A stretch of DNA of 45,745 nucleotides, from positions 1 to 45,745 of the forward strand of contig CABPZV010000002.1 in NCBI GenBank assembly GCA_902462015.1, read 5' to 3'. The stretch comes from an uncultured Eubacteriales bacterium (GTDB lineage Bacteria; Bacillota; Clostridia; Oscillospirales; CAG-272). A program made the translations under genes and the position numbers. Of the stretch, positions 1 to 8,703 are shown piece after piece. The notes below the pieces were generated by a model that searched no databases, was not told the DNA's origin, and saw only the letters and a program-made list of their open reading frames with translations. Each line of letters opens with the position of its first letter. Position 1 is the first letter of the stretch.

Positions 1-714
1 CCTTATTACACAAACAGCTCTCATCTTCCAGTCGGATATACCGAAGATATTTTTGATGCACTGGATATTCAGGATGAGCTTCAGACTCTATACACATCCG
101 GAACAGTATTTCACGCATTCCTCGGTGAAAAGCTTCCGTCATGGAAGTCAGCAGCAAATCTTGTGCGCAAGATTGCAGAAAATTACAAGCTGCCGTATTA
201 CACTCTCAGTCCTACATATTCCATTTGCAAGAATCATGGATATATGACGGGAGAACATTATACATGCGGATGCTGCGGAGAAAAAACAGAGGTTTACAGC
301 AGAATAACAGGTTACTACCGTCCTGTACAGAACTGGAATGACGGCAAGCTTCAGGAATTTAAAGAGAGAAAAACTTATGATATCAACAATTCCCATCTGA
401 AGCATGCTGGGATTTCAGGAGACCAATTTACAGATGACGGCGAATGCAGCTGCGAAGAATGCGGCGGAGGTGAAACAGAAATTCTTCTTTTCGCCTCAAA
501 AACCTGTCCGAACTGCAAAAGAGCAGCCGAGCATCTTGACAGAGCAGGCATCACATACAGAAAAATAATCTGTGAAGAAAATGAGAAAGAAGCTATTCGA
601 TATGGCGTTCGTCTTGCACCAACTCTCATCGTCCTCCGCGGAGGAACATTCGATAAATATGCAAATGCTTCTAATATCATCAAATATATTGACGAAGCGA
701 CAGTTAAAGCATAA
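1..714 (+). CDS. nrdD: anaerobic ribonucleoside-triphosphate reductase (class III RNR), 5'-truncated by the window edge, with a fused C-terminal thioredoxin/glutaredoxin-fold domain
   Basis: Frame 1 is open from nt 1 (PYYTNSSHLPVGYTEDIFDALDIQDELQTLYTSGTVFHAFLGEK...). A Cys-rich ribbon (CKNHGY..CGCCGEK) precedes the glycyl-radical motif SRITGYYRPVQNWNDGK (Gly codon 310-312). About 110 extra aa follow, with ILLFASKTCPNCK...APTLIV (CPNC codons 505-516). Confidence 0.85.
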   Translation, partial: PYYTNSSHLPVGYTEDIFDALDIQDELQTLYTSGTVFHAFLGEKLPSWKSAANLVRKIAENYKLPYYTLSPTYSICKNHGYMTGEHYTCGCCGEKTEVYSRITGYYRPVQNWNDGKLQEFKERKTYDINNSHLKHAGISGDQFTDDGECSCEECGGGETEILLFASKTCPNCKRAAEHLDRAGITYRKIICEENEKEAIRYGVRLAPTLIVLRGGTFDKYANASNIIKYIDEATVKA

Positions 715-721
715 AATATCC

Positions 722-760
722 AAAGTCACAGCCAATTAAAAATGGCTGTGACTTTATTTA
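722..760 (+). terminator. rho-independent terminator after nrdD
   Basis: 12-bp perfect stem AAAGTCACAGCC (722-733) / GGCTGTGACTTT (744-755), 10-nt loop, then a T-rich tail. Confidence 0.7.
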
Positions 761-821
761 GATTATGTTTCCTTGTATTTCTACATTATAATCAAAATTT
801 ACCAAATCATCTTTCTATGTA

Positions 822-849
822 TTGACATCAAAAAAAAATTATATATAAT
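822..849 (+). promoter_or_regulatory. candidate sigma-A promoter for the dfx gene
   Basis: TTGACA (822-827), 16-nt spacer, TATAAT (844-849), about 85 nt upstream of the dfx start. Confidence 0.45.
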
Positions 850-933
850 ATGTAGTTAAGGATAGTATTTTATATCGATCCTAACTGTTCAATATTAAAA
901 GCACATTTTTTTAAAGAAAGAAGGAGTTTTGAA

Positions 934-1308
934 ATGGAACAGAAATTTTATATCTGCGAGCATTGCGGCAACATAATCGCAATGGTAAAGAACAAGGGAG
1001 TTCCGGTAATGTGCTGCGGTCAAAAAATGACAGAAATAATTCCCGGGACATCTGACGCTTCTCAGGAAAAACATGTCCCGGTATATACCGTAGACGGTAA
1101 CCTGGTTAATGTAAAAGTTGGAGCTGTCGAACATCCAATGCTTCCCGAGCACTACATTGAATGGGTATCTCTGCAGACAAAGTGCGGCAATCAAAGAAAA
1201 GTACTAAAGCCCGGTGACAAACCAGAAGTATGCTTTGCAATTTGTGACGGCGATGAAGTTGAGGCCGTTTACGCATATTGCAGCACACACAGTCTTTGGA
1301 AAGCATAA
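934..1308 (+). CDS. dfx: desulfoferrodoxin (2Fe superoxide reductase)
   Basis: 124 aa. N-terminal desulforedoxin-like CxxC...CC (CEHCGN...MCCGQKM). C-terminal SOR domain with EKHVP, HPM..EHYIEW and C-x-x-H (CSTHSLWKA). RBS GAAGGAG lies upstream. Confidence 0.85.
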   Translation: MEQKFYICEHCGNIIAMVKNKGVPVMCCGQKMTEIIPGTSDASQEKHVPVYTVDGNLVNVKVGAVEHPMLPEHYIEWVSLQTKCGNQRKVLKPGDKPEVCFAICDGDEVEAVYAYCSTHSLWKA

Positions 1309-1451
1309 ACATTTTCTTTTTAAAATAAAAATCTGAACTACAAACTCAGATATTGTTTTATAAATCGACGATATAATAATAATTTATACAAAATTGATGT
1401 AATACTTCACCCAGAAATTACTGTCAGACAGAAAGGAAAGAGGTAGTATAA

Positions 1452-1961
1452 ATGACTGACAAAGTAGCAAAACTTATAAATACGCAGATAAATAAGGAGT
1501 TCTATTCCGCATATCTTTATCTTGAATTTTCAAACTATTATGCAGCAGAAGGACTTGATGGTTTTGAAAACTGGTACAAAGTCCAAGCACAGGAAGAACG
1601 TGATCATGCACTGCTGTTTTATCAGTATCTCCAAAACAACGGTATCAAGGTTACGTTCGAAGCTATTGCCAAGCCGGAATGTAATCTTAAAGAACATATT
1701 GATCCGCTTAAGGCTGCGCTCGCTCACGAAAAATATGTCACCGAACTGATTAATGCTATCTATGCTGCGGCTCTTGATGACCACGATTACCGTACAATGC
1801 AGCTTCTTGACTGGTTCGTTAAAGAACAGGGAGAAGAAGAGAAAAATGCTGCTGATATGGTTACAAAAATGGAGCTCTTCGGAAGCGACATGAAGAGTCT
1901 ATACATGCTCAACAACGAATTAAAATCCCGTGTGTATACGGCTCCGTCTTTGGTTCTCTAA
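1452..1961 (+). CDS. ftnA: non-heme ferritin
   Basis: 169 aa. Ferritin ferroxidase-site pattern LNTQINKEFYSAYLYLEFS...QAQEERDHALLFYQYL...HEKYVTELI. RBS GGAAAGAGG. Confidence 0.85.
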   Translation: MTDKVAKLINTQINKEFYSAYLYLEFSNYYAAEGLDGFENWYKVQAQEERDHALLFYQYLQNNGIKVTFEAIAKPECNLKEHIDPLKAALAHEKYVTELINAIYAAALDDHDYRTMQLLDWFVKEQGEEEKNAADMVTKMELFGSDMKSLYMLNNELKSRVYTAPSLVL

Positions 1962-2067
1962 TATTAACAGACACTTTTTTAACCAAAGCTTAGCCGGCTG
2001 AAAGCCACAATTATAACAAAGCTGAAAACAGTACAACATAATTTTATATGGAAGGAAAAAGATAAAA

Positions 2068-2223
2068 ATGAAATATGTATGTGATGTATGTGGATATGTC
2101 TATGACGAAGAGACCGGAGATCCTGATAACGGTATTGCACCTGGCACTAAGTGGGAAGATATTCCTGAAGATTGGACTTGCCCTCTCTGCGGTGTAGGCA
2201 AGGATAATTTTTCAAAAGAATGA
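2068..2223 (+). CDS. rubredoxin (51 aa, below the ORF-track length cutoff)
   Basis: Hand translation: [51 protein letters not shown]. Two CxxCG knuckles and the classic GxxPGTxWEDxPxDWxCPxCG motif. RBS GGAAGGAAAAAG upstream; TGA at 2221-2223. Confidence 0.9.
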   Translation: MKYVCDVCGYVYDEETGDPDNGIAPGTKWEDIPEDWTCPLCGVGKDNFSKE

Positions 2224-2229
2224 CAAAAA

Positions 2230-2270
2230 GCGGAAAAGCCGTTTGCAGGCTTCTCCGCTTTCTTTATTTT
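2230..2270 (+). terminator. rho-independent terminator after rubredoxin
   Basis: Stem GCGGAAAAGCC (2230-2240) / GGCTTCTCCGC (2248-2258) with 1 mismatch, 7-nt loop, T-run TTTCTTTATTTT. Confidence 0.75.
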
Positions 2271-2501
2271 CAGTATAGAGGTTTTATAATTCTACGGTTT
2301 GACAGCAATTATAGAAAATATAAAAGGATCTGTAATATTACAGATTTATTCTTTTAGTAAAGGTTTTGTCATAATTAAAGAATATAATATATACTTGAAA
2401 ATGCTTCAAGCATCGGTAAAATAGTCCATTTTTTATTTATCCAAATGCAGCGAGTACGAGTGTAAAGCATAATAATATCAAAAGAAAGGCTTGGTTATTC
2501 A

Positions 2502-4151
2502 ATGAAACTAACAAAATCAGATAAATTCGCAGGTATAAAGGGGCCCCTTCTTACAATTGTCATGGACGGTGTGGGATTAAATGCACCGGGAAACGGAAAT
2601 GCAGTTGAAGCCGCATATACTCCAACGCTCGATATGCTTATGAAAAAATATCCAATGGTAACTCTCAAGGCACACGGAACGGCAGTAGGACTTCCCTCCG
2701 ATGATGATATGGGTAATTCCGAGGTCGGTCATAACGCACTTGGATCGGGACAAGTTTTTGCACAAGGTGCACTGCTTGTTTCAAATTCAATTTCTTCCGG
2801 TAAAATGTTTGAGTCGGAAACATGGAAAGCGGCGGTTAAAAACGTACTTGACAATGATAGCACTATGCATTTTCTCGGACTTTTCTCGGACGGAAACGTT
2901 CATTCTAATATTGAGCACCTCCGGAGTATGATTGAACATGCAAAAAAAGACGGTATAAAGCGCGTTCGAATTCACATCCTGCTGGACGGCCGGGACGTCG
3001 GTGAAACTACAGCTCTTGAATATATTGATCCGTTTGAAAATTTTCTGACAAGTCTCCGAAGCGATAACTTCGATATCTGCATTGCTTCCGGCGGAGGAAG
3101 AATGAAAATAACAATGGATCGTTATGAAGCTGACTGGTCAATGGTAGAACGCGGCTGGCATACTCACGTACTCGGTGATGCACGGATGTTTGAATCGGCA
3201 TCCGACGCTGTAAAAACCCTGCGCGATGAGACCAACGCAATAGATCAGGACATAGACCCCTTCGTTATTGTAAAAGACGGCAAGCCAGTTGGTACAATTG
3301 AGGACGGCGACACTGTAATCTTCTATAATTTCCGCGGAGACCGTTCTCTTGAAATCTCAAGAGCATTTGAAGGTGGACAGGATTTTGATAAATTTGACAG
3401 AGTACGCGTTCCGAACGTCTATTATGCCGGAATGCTTGAATATGACGGCGATCTGCATATTCCAGCTCATTATCTTGTAAATCCTCCCGAAATTACAAAT
3501 ACACTCGGTGAATATCTTGCCGGTACCGGAATCAGCCAGCTTGCGATATCAGAAACACAGAAATATGGACATGTCACATATTTTTGGAACGGAAATAAAT
3601 CCGGTAAGTTCTCCGAGGAGCTTGAAACATACATCGAAATTCCAAGCGATATAATTCCGTTTGAACAGCGTCCATGGATGAAATGTGCAGAAATCACAGA
3701 CAAGCTTATCGAAATGCTTCTCTGCGGAAAATATAAATATCTGCGCTGCAATTATCCTAACGGTGATATGGTAGGGCATACCGGAAACTATCAGGCGACA
3801 ATCATCAGTATAGAGGCGCTTGACCTTCAGCTCGCACGCATTCTTCCGGTAATTGACAAACTGCAGGGCGCAGTTATTATAACGGCTGACCACGGTAATG
3901 CCGACGAGATGTATGAAATTGACAAAAAAACAAAATCACCGAAGATAGGCGCTCAGGGAAATCCAAAAGCAAAGACAAGTCACACTTTAAACCCTGTTCC
4001 ATGCATATTCTATGACAATTTCAACAATGATAAATATAATGTTAAAACAAATGATGCATATGGATTATCAAACATTGCGGCAACAACAGTAAATCTTCTC
4101 GGTTATGAAGCGCCAGATATGTGGGACAAGTCAATTATAGAATCCAAATAA
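2502..4151 (+). CDS. gpmI: 2,3-bisphosphoglycerate-independent phosphoglycerate mutase
   Basis: 549 aa. Motifs VMDGVGL, MGNSEVGHNALGSGQV, HFLGLFSDGNVHS, ADHGNADEM are typical of iPGAM. Confidence 0.9.
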   Translation: MKLTKSDKFAGIKGPLLTIVMDGVGLNAPGNGNAVEAAYTPTLDMLMKKYPMVTLKAHGTAVGLPSDDDMGNSEVGHNALGSGQVFAQGALLVSNSISSGKMFESETWKAAVKNVLDNDSTMHFLGLFSDGNVHSNIEHLRSMIEHAKKDGIKRVRIHILLDGRDVGETTALEYIDPFENFLTSLRSDNFDICIASGGGRMKITMDRYEADWSMVERGWHTHVLGDARMFESASDAVKTLRDETNAIDQDIDPFVIVKDGKPVGTIEDGDTVIFYNFRGDRSLEISRAFEGGQDFDKFDRVRVPNVYYAGMLEYDGDLHIPAHYLVNPPEITNTLGEYLAGTGISQLAISETQKYGHVTYFWNGNKSGKFSEELETYIEIPSDIIPFEQRPWMKCAEITDKLIEMLLCGKYKYLRCNYPNGDMVGHTGNYQATIISIEALDLQLARILPVIDKLQGAVIITADHGNADEMYEIDKKTKSPKIGAQGNPKAKTSHTLNPVPCIFYDNFNNDKYNVKTNDAYGLSNIAATTVNLLGYEAPDMWDKSIIESK

Positions 4152-4193
4152 GTAGCTATAACCATGTTTTTTACAATCTCTTTATTTGTAGAT

Positions 4194-4236
4194 AAAAAAC
4201 GCGCCTGCGATTATATAAACCGCAGACGCGTTTTTC
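4194..4236. terminator. bidirectional terminator between convergent gpmI and the SPFH gene
   Basis: Stem ACGCGCCTGCG (4199-4209) / CGCAGACGCGT (4221-4231) with 1 mismatch, flanked by an A-run (4194-4199) and a T-run (4231-4235). Confidence 0.7.
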
Positions 4237-4258
4237 ATAATTAAGTAATAATTTGTAA

Positions 4259-5155
4259 TTACCCTTGCGCGTTGTTATCTCCCTGCATGTTCAAAATCGG
4301 AACAGTTCCATCCGATGCATAAACCTGCGGAAGTTCGCCGTTCCATCTGGAAACTTCATTGTACTGAATAAGTTCGTTTGTCAGGGAATCCGCAATCTTT
4401 TGGTTTGCTTCGGCTTCAGCCTCGGCCGCGACCTTAACGGCATAAGCTTCAGCATCTGCGTTTATCTTTGCCACCTCCGCATTGGCATTAGCCTGAATCT
4501 GTGCACGCTCCGCCTCCTGCTGTGCAATCATTGTTTTTTGAGCCTCCTCGATTTCCGCCTGAAGTTTTGACTGCTCCGCAACCTGCTTTGCCTCTACTGC
4601 GTCGGTAAAAACATCCGTAAAATCAATATCTTCAATTGAAACAGAAATTATCTCTATACCGTATTCCTTCATTTCAGGCGAAAGAATCGACTCAACCTCC
4701 GTTGAAAGGTCTTCGCGGCTTGCAACAAGATTTTCCGCCGTACATTTTGAAAATACGGCCTTAACATCCTCCATAATTCTCGGATTCATCACAGTATCAT
4801 AATAATACTGTCCTACGTTTCTGTAAAGTTCCTGGGAAGTCTCTCTGTCAACGCTGTAGTTCACAGAAACATTGACCTCTACCTGCTGAATATCACTTGA
4901 AAATGCGCTGAGCGTTATTGATTCCTTTTGAGCGCGGTTATCCATCTTAATTACATTCTGCCAGGGAAGTACAAAATGAAGCCCCTCGGACAAAACATAG
5001 CTTTCCGTACGGCCGAAAGTCACAACAACTCCGGTGTGTCCGGTCGGAACCTGAACAGTACACATAGCGCTCAGTATAATCAATACTACTACAGCTGCAA
5101 TCACAAGAATCAGCTTTATACTGATCTTTTTTCCGTTCGTTTTAAATTTAGTCAT
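4259..5155 (-). CDS. SPFH/band-7 (prohibitin/HflC-like) membrane protein
   Basis: 298 aa. N-terminal TM anchor (LILVIAAVVVLIILSA), SPFH core (VPTGHTGVVVTFGR...GLHFVLPW...), Ala/Glu-rich coiled-coil tail. RBS GAAGGAG. Confidence 0.8.
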   Translation of the reverse strand: MTKFKTNGKKISIKLILVIAAVVVLIILSAMCTVQVPTGHTGVVVTFGRTESYVLSEGLHFVLPWQNVIKMDNRAQKESITLSAFSSDIQQVEVNVSVNYSVDRETSQELYRNVGQYYYDTVMNPRIMEDVKAVFSKCTAENLVASREDLSTEVESILSPEMKEYGIEIISVSIEDIDFTDVFTDAVEAKQVAEQSKLQAEIEEAQKTMIAQQEAERAQIQANANAEVAKINADAEAYAVKVAAEAEAEANQKIADSLTNELIQYNEVSRWNGELPQVYASDGTVPILNMQGDNNAQG

Positions 5156-5506
5156 TTAATTTTACTCCTTCATAAATATGTATTTTGGTAATTTCAGTAC
5201 TACTGTTTTCCATTGGGATGATTATATCACATAATCACATGATTGTCAATAGCAATCTGATAATTTTTTCAAAGAATTTTATACTATTACTTTTCGTATA
5301 GTATATACAGAGAATTAACAAAATGAATACACATTTTATTCTAAGTTATGATATAATTGCCTGCGAAATATATAAAATTACGATAATTCTAAATATTTTG
5401 ATATATAAGTAAAACATAAATTGTTTTTTATATTATAGGGTTTCATGTCAAACTGTTATTTCTGATCTATTCAAACCCTATTAGTCTTATGAAAGGGCAA
5501 AAATAT

Positions 5507-6763
5507 ATGTCAGAACAAAATTCCGTTATATCTGCGGAAGACAAGGCGCAGGATATTTTATCTCTTGAAAAAGCCTCTATCATGCGTGAAAAGAATTCTT
5601 CTGTAAAACATAAAAAGACGGATAACAAAAAAGCAGCACAGAATGGTACTGCAAAAACAAATCCAAAAAGACGCAGACGCAGAATTTTGATAACTCTCTC
5701 TTCGGTTATCGGAGCAGTTGTGTGCCTGTATCTTGTCGTCGTATTTTCAAACATTCCGTTTATTGCATATTGGCGCGGTATATGGATAGAAACAGCAATG
5801 ACAACAGGAAAACATCACTGGCTTGCTACTGCCTTCTTTCCGAAAAATACAATTGACGAGGTAATGAAAAACTACACAACAAATTCAGGCATAGTCGGCG
5901 GAAATGATTTGTTAATCATGAATGACGAGACAAAAGACACAAGAGACACAGACAACGAAAAAGATGAGCCGGTAAAGGAACAGCGTCCCGAGGATATTCT
6001 CGGACAAAAAGAGCTCAGTGTCGGAGACAAAGATTATGCAGGCAACACAATTCTTGTAAACGACATAGAAGAAGGCCTTATAATATCTGAAATTGTCAGG
6101 GGCAGCTTCAGAGGTCAGATTATGCTTATTGATGACCCGTCAAGAGTGTTTGTCGGACAAACACAGTATCAAAATAACACTGGAATGAGAATTCTTGACA
6201 TGATGGAGGTTTACGGCGCAGTCGCCGGAATCAACGCAAGCGGCTTCAACGACCCGGCAGGAAACGGAAACGGGGGAACAATCGTCGGTCTTTCATGTTC
6301 GGAAGGAAACTATTGGGGAAATTATCTGTCAGGCTACAGCAGTATAGTTCTGACAACAGACGATAAACTTGTCGTAGGAGATATCGGAAGCTGGGATCAG
6401 TATAATATACGCGACGGTATTCAATTTTATCCTGTTTTAATTGCGGACGGAGTACAGCAGGTTACCGGATCAGCCGGTTACGGATTACAGCCGAGAACTG
6501 CAGTCGGTCAGAGAGAGGACGGAGTAATTGCTTTTCTCATTATTGATGGGCGTGACGTAACCTGGTCTGTAGGCTGCACTGTAGGTGATTTGGCCGAAAT
6601 ACTGATGGACTATGACATCGTTAACGCATCCTGCTGTGACGGGGGCGCAAGCTCATGTCTTGCCTATAACGGGAAAATAACTACAAAAAACTGTTCATGG
6701 AATCCGTCCATTGGTCGGATTCTTCCGAACGCTTTCATGGTAAAAAGCAAAAAAGCCGGATAG
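5507..6763 (+). CDS. membrane-anchored phosphodiester glycosidase family (DUF2233/NAGPA-like) protein
   Basis: Basic stretch plus TM (KRRRRRILITLSSVIGAVVCLYLVVVF). C-terminal motifs GINASGF, PRTAVGQREDG..FLIIDGR, CDGGASS. The ATG at 5507 has a better RBS (AAAGGG, 9-nt spacing) than the in-frame ATG at 5489. Confidence 0.65.
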   Translation: MSEQNSVISAEDKAQDILSLEKASIMREKNSSVKHKKTDNKKAAQNGTAKTNPKRRRRRILITLSSVIGAVVCLYLVVVFSNIPFIAYWRGIWIETAMTTGKHHWLATAFFPKNTIDEVMKNYTTNSGIVGGNDLLIMNDETKDTRDTDNEKDEPVKEQRPEDILGQKELSVGDKDYAGNTILVNDIEEGLIISEIVRGSFRGQIMLIDDPSRVFVGQTQYQNNTGMRILDMMEVYGAVAGINASGFNDPAGNGNGGTIVGLSCSEGNYWGNYLSGYSSIVLTTDDKLVVGDIGSWDQYNIRDGIQFYPVLIADGVQQVTGSAGYGLQPRTAVGQREDGVIAFLIIDGRDVTWSVGCTVGDLAEILMDYDIVNASCCDGGASSCLAYNGKITTKNCSWNPSIGRILPNAFMVKSKKAG

Positions 6764-6778
6764 GAATAAAATATTCTA

Positions 6779-6945
6779 TTATAACTTAGGCAAGCTGTCC
6801 TTGCCATTAAGGCTGCAGTCTTAATGGCGGTCGCCTCTTAAGGCGGCGGCCTCTTAAGCCGGGGGCTGCGTTTCACCATTCTGTGGGAGATACAATCTCC
6901 TGCTGGAATAGTTGCCACGCCATTTGACGGGGCCCCCCTTATTGA
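6779..6945 (+). repeat. structured GC-rich intergenic repeat, copy A
   Basis: Aligns by eye to the reverse complement of 16345-16526. The ends (TTATAAyTTAGGCAAG..., ...GTTGCCACGCCATTTGACGGGG..CCCTTATTGA) and a ~60-nt core (TTTCACCATTC..GGGAGATACAATCTCCT...) are near-identical. Confidence 0.8.
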
Positions 6946-7036
6946 ATTTTACATATCCTTCAATTAATAAACTTAATAAACTCAGGAATTGACTCTTAAA
7001 AAATTTTTAATTCTCCGGCCAGGAGCAATTTTTTAC

Positions 7037-7065
7037 TTGACACAATATCATCTTTGTGATATACT
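7037..7065 (+). promoter_or_regulatory. sigma-A promoter of the pyr operon
   Basis: TTGACA (7037-7042), 17-nt spacer ending in TGA (extended -10), TATACT (7060-7065). Confidence 0.7.
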
Positions 7066-7089
7066 GTCATAGACAGCAATTTTTAAGTT

Positions 7090-7216
7090 GGTACAGAGAT
7101 GCCGGCAAGATTGGTAATTAATGATAAAGTGTAAAGAGGATAAGATTTTTCTTTTACTGTATCTTTATTTTAAAGCATATTTATCAAATCTTGCTGAAAA
7201 GCAAGATTTTTTGTTT
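7090..7216 (+). promoter_or_regulatory. pyr leader attenuator (terminator/antiterminator; possible PyrR-type binding loop)
   Basis: GGTACAGAGATGCC (7090-7103) resembles the PyrR loop core UCCAGAGAGG. GCAAGATT (7105-7112) can pair with AATCTTGC (7187-7194). That pairing competes with the terminator AAATCTTGC-TGAAAA-GCAAGATTT (7186-7209) plus its T-run to 7216. Confidence 0.5.
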
Positions 7217-7306
7217 ATTACCGGTTTATTTTCAGTCTTATAATAAAATTAGAAAATACGCCGATACCGGCGCTGCCGATGATATGTTTGATTCAGGAGA
7301 GGTTAT

Positions 7307-8503
7307 ATGAAAACAATAGACAATGCATATAAAAATGAAATTCAGTCTTTTGCATTCGGCTTTCTGACCGATATCGGCCTTGCATCCTATTTTTCAGAAA
7401 ATTATATTATTGTTCCCGGTCTTTGTGATGTGCATGTGCATTTCAGAGAGCCGGGTTTTTTATATAAAGAAACAATAAAAAGCGGCTGTGCAGCAGCAGT
7501 TCACGGAGGATACACGGCAGTATGTACGATGCCGAATCTGAATCCCGTTCCGGATTCTCCTGAAACACTGAAGCCGCAGCTTAATGCAATTCAAAAATCG
7601 GCTGATATCAAAGTAATTCCGTACGGAGCGGTTACGGTCGGAGAAAGCGGGGCTGAGCTTTCCGACATGGATGGTATGGCAAAATATGTCTGCGCTTTTT
7701 CTGATGACGGCAAAGGAGTTCAGAAAGAAGATATTATGAAGCAGGCTATGATAAAAGCCCGAGCGCTCGATAAAATTATAGCAGCCCACTGCGAGGATAA
7801 TGCCCTTCTTCACGGCGGATACATTCACGACGGAGAATACGCACGTCAGCATGGACATCGGGGAATCTGCAGCGAGAGCGAGTTTGGACAGATTGAACGG
7901 GATATCCGGCTGGCAAAGGAAACGGGCTGTGCGTATCATGTCTGCCACATTTCAACAAAAGAAAGCGTAGAGCTTATAAGACGCGCTAAAGCTGACGGCG
8001 TCAATATAACATGTGAAACTGCTCCGCACTATCTTGTGCTATGCGACGACGATCTTGAAGAGGACGGCCGCTTCAAGATGAACCCTCCTCTCCGCGGAAA
8101 AGCCGACAGAGAAGCTCTGCTTCGCGGAATTGCAGACGGTACAATTGATATGATCGCGACCGACCATGCACCTCACAGCGCCGATGAAAAGTCTCGCGGA
8201 CTCGAGGGAAGCCTAATGGGGATCGTAGGACTTGAAACGGCTTTTCCGGTTCTTTATACAGAACTTGTAATGAAAGGCTTCTGCAGTCTGAACAAGCTTA
8301 TCGAGCTGATGTGTACAAATCCCCGAAGACGATTCGGAATAGACGGCGGATACGATTTTGCAGTTTTTGATATTTCGAAGCCCTACCGTATAAATCCGGA
8401 TAATTTTTATTCTCATGGCAGATCTACTCCGTTTGCCGGTAAAGAGGTTTTCGGGCGATGTGTTCTCACGGTTTCTAATGGGAAAACAGTATACAGAGAG
8501 TAA
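7307..8503 (+). CDS. pyrC: dihydroorotase
   Basis: 398 aa. DVHVHFREPG metal-binding motif, ATDHAPH, amidohydrolase fold. RBS CAGGAGAGG. Confidence 0.9.
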   Translation: MKTIDNAYKNEIQSFAFGFLTDIGLASYFSENYIIVPGLCDVHVHFREPGFLYKETIKSGCAAAVHGGYTAVCTMPNLNPVPDSPETLKPQLNAIQKSADIKVIPYGAVTVGESGAELSDMDGMAKYVCAFSDDGKGVQKEDIMKQAMIKARALDKIIAAHCEDNALLHGGYIHDGEYARQHGHRGICSESEFGQIERDIRLAKETGCAYHVCHISTKESVELIRRAKADGVNITCETAPHYLVLCDDDLEEDGRFKMNPPLRGKADREALLRGIADGTIDMIATDHAPHSADEKSRGLEGSLMGIVGLETAFPVLYTELVMKGFCSLNKLIELMCTNPRRRFGIDGGYDFAVFDISKPYRINPDNFYSHGRSTPFAGKEVFGRCVLTVSNGKTVYRE

Positions 8504-8703
8504 GACAGGTTTTTACAGCCTTGAGAGAACAGATAATTTGCAGCTAACATCAACCTTTAATTATGATGAGCATATGAATATCTAAAACAGCACATAATCA
8601 AAAATACGAAAGTTTTACTTATGTTATATGGCAAGACTTTTTAAAGAAAAATTAAGAATACAAAAATTTCTAAACAGAATTACACACTGGAGGCAGAAAG
8701 AGA

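Noticed and set aside
860-890. Imperfect inverted repeat TTAAGGAT-N14-ATCCTAA downstream of the dfx promoter, considered as a PerR/Rex-type operator
   Set aside because: It matches neither the PerR (TTATAAT-N-ATTATAA) nor the Rex (TTGTGAA-N4-TTCACAA) consensus. The repeat is short, imperfect and in A+T-rich DNA.
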